Of a stretch of DNA of 49,034 bases, positions 10,047-17,308 are shown one piece after another. Below the pieces are notes generated by a model that had not been told where the DNA came from, ran no database searches, and was given only the letters and a program-made list of their open reading frames with translations. A program made the translations under genes and the position numbers. The stretch comes from Candidatus Woesearchaeota archaeon (GTDB taxonomy: Archaea > Nanobdellota > Nanobdellia > Pacearchaeales > GW2011-AR1). The DNA lies in contig CAZKON010000001.1 of assembly GCA_964554415.1 (NCBI GenBank), forward strand, positions 1 to 49,034. The letters run 5' to 3'. The first letter of the stretch is position 1. Every line of letters begins with the position of its first letter.

Positions 10047-10472
10047 TTAAGCTGCAGGAGCTTCTGTTTTAAGAGCAGGAGAGGCAGATTCTTTCGGCTT
10101 GTTTTGCTCAGGGAAAACTTCTGCCAAGGGAGTTGTGCCTGATTTAATAACGCTCAGATTAAGCTGTGTAGTAGTGGCTGTAATTGTCTTGCCCCTCACT
10201 GTCTTTCTGCGGCGAATTCCAGGGTAAGAGTCTCTCATTCCAAATCCTTTTGTGAGTAATACTTTCTTAAGACCGATACCTTCAACATCTTTAGTCAATG
10301 GAAATCCAGAAATATCACTGCCCCCTGTTATTTGAAGTTGATATCCTGCAAGCTCGGATTTTAGCTCCTTGCCATCAATTGTATCGCCGACAGATTTGCC
10401 TGAAAGCATTTCATCTGCGAGTTCAGTTTTCCATGTCTTTCCTTTTTCAGATATGTTAACTTTTAGCGGCAT
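10047..10472 (-). CDS. rps6e: Ribosomal protein S6e
   Basis: 141 aa. MPLKVNISEKGKTWK...QITGGSDISGFPL...RRRKTVRG is typical of S6e. TATA gtttttaaac at 10493..10502. Confidence 0.95.
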   Translation of the reverse strand: MPLKVNISEKGKTWKTELADEMLSGKSVGDTIDGKELKSELAGYQLQITGGSDISGFPLTKDVEGIGLKKVLLTKGFGMRDSYPGIRRRKTVRGKTITATTTQLNLSVIKSGTTPLAEVFPEQNKPKESASPALKTEAPAA

Positions 10473-10507
10473 AATATGGAGAGAAAAATGGGGTTTTTAA
10501 ACGTATC

Positions 10508-12244
10508 TTAGGCGCCCCACAATTCATAGGATTTCTTTTTTATTTGTGCAATCTCTACCAGAACATGTAATTCTTGTGCAGACAAAAGTTCCTTGTTTTT
10601 CTTGAATTGCTTAAATTGTGCCTCAGACAAATCAGCATACAAAACACGAGTTTCTTTTAGCTGTCTGTCAAATGTTACTCCTTGAAGAGCAAGAGCAATC
10701 TCCTGCCCTTCTTTTGCTTCATTTAATGATGATTTCTCATTTTGCAGTGATTTAACATGTGCAATAGGTGTGCCCTTTGTATCAATAAGAGGTATTCCCA
10801 ACTTAACTTTTCCGACAGCTACACGAACTCCAAAAATCGCAGGGTTTGAATTTCTAAAAACATACTGCGGCAAGATTTCAAGCTTGCAGATAGTGGCTAG
10901 TCCAAGCATCTTCTCGCGGACAATTGCTTCTTGCTGCTCGCGTCTCCATAAAGTCAGCTCTTCAATAAGCTTATACACAACAGGATTAGCAAGAACTTTT
11001 ATCGCTGTGGGTATAGATAAATTGTCATCAAAACCAACATTAAAACCAAGAATAACTGCGTTAAGAGGCTCTATCATAAGGTTAGCCTGCGCAGAAATAA
11101 TGTCTGTTTTGCTTATCGGTCCAATTCCTGCTTTAATTATCTGGATATTCTCCTGTTTTAGAAGCGTAATCAGCGCTTCCAGAGAACCTAAAGAGTCTGC
11201 CTTGATTATAATACCCTGTTTATCAAGTTGCAGAACAGAAGCTATTTCTTTTTTGAACTGTGTCTTGATGGATGCAAGGTCTTTATTTGTTTCCTGGAAA
11301 GGCATGCCTGGCAGTATCCCTTCACGTTCTGTCAACTGCATGCGCACACCGCTAGCTGCAACAACCTGACTGACTGATTTGTATTTTGTTGAGAGCGGCT
11401 GAATCTCTAAGAGACAGCGCACTTTCGTGATAATCGGCTCATTGAAACTTGCAACCATGAGTTCGTCACCTTCGTCAAGCGAGCCGTCGTAAAGAATTGC
11501 CTCAGCCCACTCCATACCGCGCTCCTTTTTCAGTTCAAGAATAACTCCCTTTGCTTCTTTGCCAGTTGTCAGCCGCTCGCGGAGGAAACGCTGGCACAAT
11601 CCACAAAGTACAAACAAAAGCTCTGAAATGCCTTCTTTTGTTCTGGCAGAGCAGGGGACTAATGCAACTTTTTTAGTGAAATCTTTTACATCAAAAAATA
11701 AATCAGAATCAAAACCATGCTCCCGAAGCGAGCTTTGAAATGTTAATAAAACTTCATCAAATTCCTGGCGAACATGAATTGCTTGTTGCTCTATTGTATT
11801 CTTTACACCTTGTTCGCCTTTCTGCCAGCCAGAAATTGTATCAATTTTATTGAGTGCGATAAGAAAAGGTGTTTTATGTGCCTTAAGAATTTGTAAAACT
11901 TCTGCTGTCTGCGGCTTGATGCCTTCTTTTATACTAACTACGACAATCGCCAAATCAGCCAGCGAGCCTCCGCGTTTTCTTAAATTTGTGAAAGCTGCAT
12001 GCCCAGGAGTATCAATAAACATAAATCCAGGAATATCAAGTTTTACTCTTTGTCTTCCAATTAAAGGACATGCTCTTTTTATTTGTTCTGCAGGATATTT
12101 TGTGAATGAAATATTTTGAGTTATTCCCCCAGCCTCTCCTTCCTGAAGAGAACTCTCTCTAAAGCAATCAAGAATACTGGTCTTACCGTGGTCCACATGC
12201 CCGCAGAGCGTAACGATGGGGCTTCTGAGTGATTTTGCTGTCAT
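10508..12244 (-). CDS. infB: Translation initiation factor aIF5B (IF2-type GTPase)
   Basis: 578 aa. GHVDHGKTSILD, DTPGHAAF, NKID. The aIF5B-S6e-aIF2gamma neighbourhood is a conserved archaeal arrangement. Confidence 0.95.
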   Translation of the reverse strand: MTAKSLRSPIVTLCGHVDHGKTSILDCFRESSLQEGEAGGITQNISFTKYPAEQIKRACPLIGRQRVKLDIPGFMFIDTPGHAAFTNLRKRGGSLADLAIVVVSIKEGIKPQTAEVLQILKAHKTPFLIALNKIDTISGWQKGEQGVKNTIEQQAIHVRQEFDEVLLTFQSSLREHGFDSDLFFDVKDFTKKVALVPCSARTKEGISELLFVLCGLCQRFLRERLTTGKEAKGVILELKKERGMEWAEAILYDGSLDEGDELMVASFNEPIITKVRCLLEIQPLSTKYKSVSQVVAASGVRMQLTEREGILPGMPFQETNKDLASIKTQFKKEIASVLQLDKQGIIIKADSLGSLEALITLLKQENIQIIKAGIGPISKTDIISAQANLMIEPLNAVILGFNVGFDDNLSIPTAIKVLANPVVYKLIEELTLWRREQQEAIVREKMLGLATICKLEILPQYVFRNSNPAIFGVRVAVGKVKLGIPLIDTKGTPIAHVKSLQNEKSSLNEAKEGQEIALALQGVTFDRQLKETRVLYADLSEAQFKQFKKNKELLSAQELHVLVEIAQIKKKSYELWGA

Positions 12245-12438
12245 TATAAGTGGTCTCCTGTCTCATGTCTTTATAGAAGAAAAAGGGTGTTTTTAAACTG
12301 TACGATAACGTAATAAAAGCATCTAATCCACACACAGGAAACTCTTCAGAGATTAAGAACAAATCCCTGTTTCTATAGAGAGCTTTGAATAACCCTCTAT
12401 TTTGTAGTTCTAAGAGTGTTTTCAAAGCGGCTCGATAG

Positions 12439-12465
12439 AGGACTTTAGGGGTTTGTCAAAGTCCT
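12439..12465. repeat. 27-nt palindromic element, copy 1 (aggactttaggggtttgtcaaagtcct)
   Basis: 8-bp arms aggacttt/aaagtcct around an 11-nt spacer. Identical 27-mer at 31664..31690. Lies just upstream of a TATA-like tttaaata and the ATG at 12511. Confidence 0.8.
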
Positions 12466-12510
12466 TTATGATATGCAACAATTTAAATATTCAGTTTACT
12501 AATAAAAACA

Positions 12511-12882
12511 ATGGAAAAAGATATCGGAAAAATACCTAAGAGTATGGACACGGAGATTGTAGTGCGCATTGATGATTTTGGTGGGCGCGTTGGTTTGACA
12601 ATCCGCGAGTTTGTCCGCTCGGAACGCTATTCAGGATTCACAAAAGCAGGGACACGTATTCCTGCTGACAAATTCAAACAATTCAAGGAGATAATTAATT
12701 CTATTGACGAAAAAGAACTTGAGAAACTATCTGCGCAGACAATACCTCAATCTTCAAGCTTGCCAAATTCAGCAGGGCAACGCGCATTCTCGAAACCTGC
12801 TTCGAAACCAGTTACTTCAGATAAGAAACCTGTGGATGTGAAGGCAGAGCCTGTTGAAGAGATTGAAGAACAGGAATTTTAG
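12511..12882 (+). CDS. PC4/YdbC-like single-stranded-DNA-binding / transcription coactivator-like protein
   Basis: 123 aa. TEIVVRIDDFGGRVGLTIREFVRSERYSGFTKAGTRIPADKFKQFKEIINSI follows the PC4-fold pattern (beta-rich core, then KGI/TR-IP, then helix). Low-complexity C-terminal tail. Confidence 0.55.
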   Translation: MEKDIGKIPKSMDTEIVVRIDDFGGRVGLTIREFVRSERYSGFTKAGTRIPADKFKQFKEIINSIDEKELEKLSAQTIPQSSSLPNSAGQRAFSKPASKPVTSDKKPVDVKAEPVEEIEEQEF

Positions 12883-12945
12883 AGAACTTTATTCTTGTGT
12901 TTTTACGTGCATTTGATTGCTTTCTTTCTTTATGCCGGGGAGCGA

Positions 12946-13016
12946 TGGCCCCACAGGGAATCGAACCCCGGTGTCCTCCACGTGAAAGAGGCGTTCTGCC
13001 ACTAGACTATAGGGCC
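12946..13016 (-). tRNA. tRNA-Val (anticodon CAC)
   Basis: Reverse complement GGCCCTATAGTCTAGTGGCAGAACGCCTCTTTCACGTGGAGGACACCGGGGTTCGATTCCCTGTGGGGCCA. Acceptor GGCCCTA/TGGGGCC, anticodon stem CCTCT/GGAGG, loop TTCACGT, T-arm CGGGG-TTCGATT-CCCTG. No encoded CCA. Confidence 0.9.
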
Positions 13017-13142
13017 TTGTGCATTGAAGAAGAAACTGGTTTATAAGATTGTTCCTCCTCTGCGTGCACTTCCACTTTACATGGAAAAACAAAGTCCGAT
13101 TCGCTCTTGCTGTGAATCTCCTCGCTGACTCTGCGGACTTCA

Positions 13143-13190
13143 TCAAGAACTTTCAGTTCTTGAATGCCATCGAGAATCAATAGATTCTCG
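13143..13190. repeat. Two perfect 8-bp-stem hairpins in the spacer between the two tRNA-Val genes
   Basis: tcaagaac-tttca-gttcttga (13143..13163) and cgagaatc-aata-gattctcg (13171..13190). Confidence 0.7.
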
Positions 13191-13213
13191 AGGTCTCGCT
13201 GCGGCGAACGGAC

Positions 13214-13285
13214 TGGCCCTGGGCAGAATCGAACTGCCGCATGCTCGGTGTAAACGAGCCAGTCTAACCACTAGCTTACAGGGCC
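13214..13285 (-). tRNA. tRNA-Val (anticodon UAC)
   Basis: Reverse complement GGCCCTGTAAGCTAGTGGTTAGACTGGCTCGTTTACACCGAGCATGCGGCAGTTCGATTCTGCCCAGGGCCA. Anticodon stem GCTCG/CGAGC, loop TTTACAC, T-arm GGCAG-TTCGATT-CTGCC. Confidence 0.9.
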
Positions 13286-13378
13286 TTGCTTGTTTTTTAC
13301 CAGTGTTTTGGGGTTTTTGAATGCTTTGATTCGAGTTAATGCCCTTCGGGCAACTCCGTTAGGATAATCGCCGCATTT

Positions 13379-13534
13379 CTAACCAGACAGACAGCTTATT
13401 TTTATCTGGGGGCTTATCTCCCTCCGAATAAAGAATAAATTCCATTCTCTCATGACATTTTGGGCAATAATCTCTTTTACTTTCTCCTTCCATTCAATGT
13501 ATCTTTCTTTGTGTTTGTACGGGTCTATTTTCAT
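13379..13534 (-). pseudogene. Remnant of a tyrosine-recombinase/integrase N-terminus
   Basis: A 51-codon ORF, MKIDPYKHKERYIEWKEKVKE..., matches the MKIDPY(K/N)HKE(R/K)Y..WK opening that I recall from archaeal phage-type integrases. Similarity then decays and a stop follows. The fragment points into the 5' end of tRNA-Val(UAC) about 95 nt away. Confidence 0.4.
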
Positions 13535-13811
13535 GTTAATACTATGTAAGTCGATATTTTAATCAACTTGTATCAAACTTGTACTATCTACATTCCTTTA
13601 TTATACCAAAATGGCAGAACGCCCGGACCAGCAATGTCACCATTTTGGTACTTTCGTGGGCTTTTTTGGTTGTTTACACTTTCTCCTAATATTCACTGAT
13701 CTCAGGACTTTATAAAAAGAGTCGAAGTGCATTGGATATATTCGAGTCTATGGGAAGGTTCGTGACAAGACAAAACGAAAGATTTATATAGTAGGTAAGA
13801 CATTTCTTACA

Positions 13812-14081
13812 ATGGTTGAAATGGAAATAACGAGAATGAGTTCAAAGGGACAAGTAGTCATACCTTCTAATTTTAGAAAGCACATCAAGGAAGGAGATAC
13901 CTTGGTAGTTTTGAAGAATGATAATCAGATTATTTTGAAACCTGCTAGTGCGATGGATAAGCAACTTGCAGAGGACATTGAATTTGCTAAAAGAACTGAA
14001 GAATCTTGGAAAGAAATAGAGGCAGGAAAAGGTGTAAGAATGAGTGTGAATGATTTTCTTAAAGAAATGAAAAGCTGGTAA
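13812..14081 (+). CDS. AbrB/MazE/SpoVT-family antitoxin-like DNA-binding protein
   Basis: 89 aa. ITRMSSKGQVVIPSNFRKHIKEGDTLVVLKNDNQIILKP is the swapped-hairpin AbrB signature. TATA tttatata at 13783..13790, 25 nt upstream of the ATG. Confidence 0.75.
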   Translation: MVEMEITRMSSKGQVVIPSNFRKHIKEGDTLVVLKNDNQIILKPASAMDKQLAEDIEFAKRTEESWKEIEAGKGVRMSVNDFLKEMKSW

Positions 14082-14084
14082 AAT

Positions 14085-14135
14085 ATGGTACAAGAGGTTA
14101 TACGCGCGCCACGGTTTATACAGGAACTTATTTAA
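14085..14135 (+). pseudogene. Possible decapitated toxin gene (16 codons) directly after the AbrB antitoxin
   Basis: The ATG lies 3 nt after the antitoxin stop. MVQEVIRAPRFIQELI-stop resembles the first strand/helix of RelE/ParE-type toxins (M-x-x-V-x-x-x-x-R/K-x-x-K/Q-x-L), then terminates. Confidence 0.25.
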
Positions 14136-14137
14136 AG

Positions 14138-14302
14138 ATGAAATACACAGATTTACCAATGCCTGCAAATATGGCTTTGTGCGACAATAAGATGGCTATA
14201 ATTTCTTGGTCAGATAAGCCGATTGGAGTTTTGATTACATCTAAGCAGATAGTTGATAAACAGAAGGATTTCTTTAAATCTCTCTGGAAAATTATTGAGT
14301 AA
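14138..14302 (+). pseudogene. Fragment homologous to the C-terminus of the TrmB-like regulator at 26459..27211
   Basis: The 54-aa ORF MKYTDLPMPANMALCDNKMAIISWSDKPIGVLITSKQIVDKQKDFFKSLWKIIE aligns with ...RFLPQYFITNMTIVFYKNKAFFFFLTERPTAFLLESKEAADSLKAYFNVLWKIAK. It lacks the wHTH N-domain. Confidence 0.4.
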
Positions 14303-14400
14303 GGCGAATTACCTCGAGCAGATTAAATTGGTTATGAAAGTTAAGCAATCTCATCTTTAAGGGGAAGTCGAAAATCTGTCTTCGATAAAAAAGAAAAATC

Positions 14401-14558
14401 CGCCCGGACCAGGATTTGAACCTGGGAATCCGTGAGGAAACGAGATTTTTGCTATCCTGCTTTTGCAGGCATCAGTAGTTTTCTACCTGCCTAAAGTTTC
14501 TTTTTCTAAAAGAAACTGTAGTAGCAATCTCGCGCCGTAACCGCTGGGCCATCCGGGC
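14401..14558 (-). tRNA. tRNA-Ser (anticodon GCU) with a ~75-nt intron at the canonical 37/38 position
   Basis: Exon 1 (14522..14558) is GCCCGGATGGCCCAGCGGTTACGGCGCGAGATTGCTA. Exon 2 (14401..14446) is ATCTCGTTTCCTCACGGATTCCCAGGTTCAAATCCTGGTCCGGGCG and includes the long variable arm. The 3' end of the intron (TAGCAA) is the exact complement of loop residues TTGCTA, followed by an AAA bulge, which is BHB-like. TATA cttataagcc lies about 28 nt upstream. Confidence 0.85.
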
Positions 14559-14601
14559 ATAGATGTAGAGAAGAAAAGAGGCTTATAAGTTTTTGTGTTG
14601 C

Positions 14602-14871
14602 TTACGATTGTGCCCAGGTTATGATTCCCAGAACATCAATAACAAGATAAACTACAGATAATATAAGAAGCCCATAGTGCTTATGCTTCCACGCAAATGC
14701 TATCCAAAGCAAAGAAGCCACTGTCCAGATATAAAATCCTTCAATATATTTGAAGACATTGAGAATCGCCCCTGTAATGCTCAATAAGGTAGCCGCCCAT
14801 TCAATCAGGTGGTCACGCAGATTCTTTTCAATTACATGTACTGTATGGAATCTATCTTTTTTTCTTTTCAT
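14602..14871 (-). CDS. Small 3-TM membrane protein with a PnuC-like sequence pattern
   Basis: 89 aa. EWAATLLSITGAILNVFKYIEGFYIWTVASLLWIAFAWKHKHYGLLILSVVYLVIDVLGIITW resembles one 3-helix repeat of nicotinamide-riboside (PnuC) transporters. Confidence 0.45.
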   Translation of the reverse strand: MKRKKDRFHTVHVIEKNLRDHLIEWAATLLSITGAILNVFKYIEGFYIWTVASLLWIAFAWKHKHYGLLILSVVYLVIDVLGIITWAQS

Positions 14872-14931
14872 GTGTTATCTCAAATCATGAGATGACAACC
14901 TTTAAAAGCCCTCGCATGTCTCTATCTGTAC

Positions 14932-15041
14932 AGCGCGGTGGAGCAGCCTGGAGTGCTCGCGAGGCCCATATTCACAGTGCGAAGCACTGGTTCGCAACGG
15001 GGTAACCTCGAGGTCGTGCGGTTCAAATCCCACCCGCGCTA
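14932..15041 (+). tRNA. tRNA-Met (anticodon CAU, A1:U72, initiator-like) with a ~34-nt intron
   Basis: Sequence: AGCGCGG TG GAGC AGCCTGGAGT GCTC G CGAGG CCCATA [intron with CAGTGC-GAA-GCACTG hairpin] A CCTCG AGGTC GTG(C)GG TTCAAAT CCCAC CCGCGCT A. TATA tttaaaag at 14901..14908, about 25 nt upstream. An oligo-T follows the gene. Confidence 0.75.
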
Positions 15042-15062
15042 TTTTTATCATTATAGCTATAT

Positions 15063-15150
15063 CGAATAACTTTAATTTCCGTAGTTGTTTTGTTATTCGC
15101 TAGATAGGAAATCACATCAGAAATTACGATTATTAATGTGATTTCCTATA
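15063..15150. repeat. 88-nt two-hairpin repeat, copy A
   Basis: cgaataac-N21-gttattcg, then taggaaatcacat-N18-atgtgatttccta. Differs from copy C (33153..33240) at one base. About 80 percent identical to copy B (31559..31647). Confidence 0.85.
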
Positions 15151-15244
15151 ATTACGTCTTTCACTATATGTGGGATTTTCAAATCACTCTAATGATTTGT
15201 ATTAAGCACCATTATTTTTATTAACTCTGATTATATCTATTTTT

Positions 15245-16498
15245 ATGAGCTTTTTTAGAACGCAACTTGAATGCGGAGCAACTCTGCTCGGGCAGAGATT
15301 GAAAGACCAGCCAGTTGTATTGGGATGTTCTATTCCATATGGCTCAGCACACGATAAACCTCGGCTTCAAGGAATGGCACACTTTTTAGAGCATATGCTT
15401 TTTGAATCTGAAACAAATAACCGCAGAAAAATAATTGAAAAAGAGTTAGATTTTTGCGGTGGAGATATGAATGCTTATACTGAATATTTGCGCACAGTTG
15501 TTCATTGTTGTGTTTCTCCAAAAGAAGTTGGTAATGGCGCAAGATTTATCTGTGAACTAGTAAGAAAACCAGATTTCAGACCACATTATTTGGGAATAGA
15601 ACGTAATATCATAAGAATTGAAACTGATATGGCCGAAGACGACCCTCTTGAAACTGGAGAAGACCTGATAAATCTGGCTATGTATCTTCCACCTTTTGGG
15701 GCATTAGTAAGAGGCAAGGAAGAAACAATTCAGAATATTACTTCTGAAGATCTTCAAAGGGCTTGGAAGAGAGCATATCATCCTTCAGGATTTACTTTCT
15801 CTTTTGCTGGAGACGTTTCAGGGGATATTGTAAAAAAAGCTATCAACTCTAGTCTGGATAAACATGAACTTCTCTCAACTCCGTACACACCTCTTTCCAC
15901 TCCTAATATTATGCCTCACACTCAAATTCTTTTCCAAGCAAGAAAAGGAATGAAAAAAACTTATCTGTGTTTAGGTTATCAGAGCCCTCCTTTAACAGAC
16001 CCCCTTTATCCTGCATTTTGTGTCTTAGATGTTCATCTTGCTGGAGGTCCATTTTCAAGTTTATTCCAGGAAATTCGAGAGAAGAGAGGACTTGCATATC
16101 GTGTTATTGCTTTAGAAGACTCTGGAGCAAGACGCGGAGCTTATTGTTTATTTATTGGTACGCATCCTGGAAAAGTAAAGAAAGTTCACCAAATTGTTAA
16201 GAGAGAGATTGAGGCAAGTAAACACCTCTCTAAAAAGAGATTTGAATATGCTAGAAACAGACTTATAGGGAGCATTGATTCTACAACCATCCAGCCTGAA
16301 GATAGAATGAGTGACTTAATTGAATGGGAAACTGACGGCCCGGGTGCAGAACGACTATTGCGGAAAAAAGAATATATCCAGAAAGTTACTCTAGAAGAAG
16401 TGCGAACTGTGGCACACAAATTATTTGAGCAGAAACCAGCCAGAGTATTTATTAGTTCTCCAAAGTTCATACAGAAATATCGCGCGAAATACATGTGA
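15245..16498 (+). CDS. M16 (pitrilysin) family zinc peptidase
   Basis: 417 aa. Inverted zinc motif HFLEHMLFE. Two-domain M16 length and layout. Confidence 0.85.
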   Translation: MSFFRTQLECGATLLGQRLKDQPVVLGCSIPYGSAHDKPRLQGMAHFLEHMLFESETNNRRKIIEKELDFCGGDMNAYTEYLRTVVHCCVSPKEVGNGARFICELVRKPDFRPHYLGIERNIIRIETDMAEDDPLETGEDLINLAMYLPPFGALVRGKEETIQNITSEDLQRAWKRAYHPSGFTFSFAGDVSGDIVKKAINSSLDKHELLSTPYTPLSTPNIMPHTQILFQARKGMKKTYLCLGYQSPPLTDPLYPAFCVLDVHLAGGPFSSLFQEIREKRGLAYRVIALEDSGARRGAYCLFIGTHPGKVKKVHQIVKREIEASKHLSKKRFEYARNRLIGSIDSTTIQPEDRMSDLIEWETDGPGAERLLRKKEYIQKVTLEEVRTVAHKLFEQKPARVFISSPKFIQKYRAKYM

Positions 16499-16591
16499 AA
16501 TGTACTATTTATCTAATCCACTATGATGCTTCTAATTTCATGGAATTGTTTAGTAGAAAGGCATATAAAACATATTGTATCTTTCTTTTCT

Positions 16592-17284
16592 ATGTTAATC
16601 TTAGGAATTGACGACGCAGGTCGCGGACCACTGATTGGACCAATGCTTCTCGCAGGCGTTTTAATGGAAGAAAAAGATGAGCGTTTCTTGAAAGAAGAGG
16701 GAGTCGCTGATTCAAAGCAATTGGCACATCCTGTACGAGTAAGACTCTCTGAGATAATCAAAGATACTGCCAAAGAATTTTGTGTTGTTTCAACCTCTGC
16801 ATTGCAAATCGACCGTGCCATTCAGAGCGGGATGAATCTGAATACGCTTGAAGCCCTTAAAACAGCAGAAATAATTAACAAACTAAATCCTGAAAAGGAG
16901 AACATTAAAGTTATTGTTGATTGCCCTTCAGTAAATACAAAAGCATGGAGGGCAACGCTCATGTCTTATCTCCAGCACACTGAAAATCTTGAGGTTTACT
17001 GCGAGCACAAAGCTGATGTGAATCATCCTTCCGTCTCTGCGGCATCAATCCTTGCAAAGGTTGCAAGAGAGGAAGCAGTTGCGAAATTGCAGGAAGAATA
17101 CGGAAATATGGGCTCAGGCTATCCTTCAGATCCTGTGACGCAGGCGTTTCTGAAGAAAAATGGAATGCGGTTGAAAGACGCAGGAATCTTCAGGACAACT
17201 TGGCAAACATGGAAATCTTTGTTTCCTGAAGAATGCCCGCAAAAACAGTCAAAACTTTTTGACTTTGAGAATAAATCTTATTGA
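16592..17284 (+). CDS. rnhB: Ribonuclease HII
   Basis: MLILGIDDAGRGPLIGPM... with DSK and the later catalytic Asp region. The track ORF starts at 16523, but the first 23 codons are not RNase HII-like, so I prefer Met24. Confidence 0.9.
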   Translation: MLILGIDDAGRGPLIGPMLLAGVLMEEKDERFLKEEGVADSKQLAHPVRVRLSEIIKDTAKEFCVVSTSALQIDRAIQSGMNLNTLEALKTAEIINKLNPEKENIKVIVDCPSVNTKAWRATLMSYLQHTENLEVYCEHKADVNHPSVSAASILAKVAREEAVAKLQEEYGNMGSGYPSDPVTQAFLKKNGMRLKDAGIFRTTWQTWKSLFPEECPQKQSKLFDFENKSY

Positions 17285-17308
17285 ACTTTCAGAGAATCAT
17301 AATAAGAT

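Noticed and set aside
12889-13146. 85-aa minus-strand ORF in the track
   Set aside because: It runs straight through tRNA-Val(CAC) (12946..13016) and the tRNA spacer. Its sequence is simply the translation of the tRNA gene (…RLFHVEDTGVRFPVGP…). It starts at a TTG.
13612-13623. 12-nt match (tggcagaacgcc) to the D-arm region of tRNA-Val(CAC), suggesting a split-tRNA half
   Set aside because: The surrounding sequence cannot be folded into a tRNA half with a complementary leader. The match is short, was noticed post hoc, and may be chance. Only the adjacent match to the tRNA-Ser 3' end is kept, as a weak att hypothesis.
16523-16591. N-terminal 23-codon extension of RNase HII. Analogous over-long track starts are at 30400, 46285, 10013, 39408 and 7080
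   Set aside because: The extensions overlap upstream genes or lack family similarity. Internal ATGs fit the TATA spacing or the operon junctions better.
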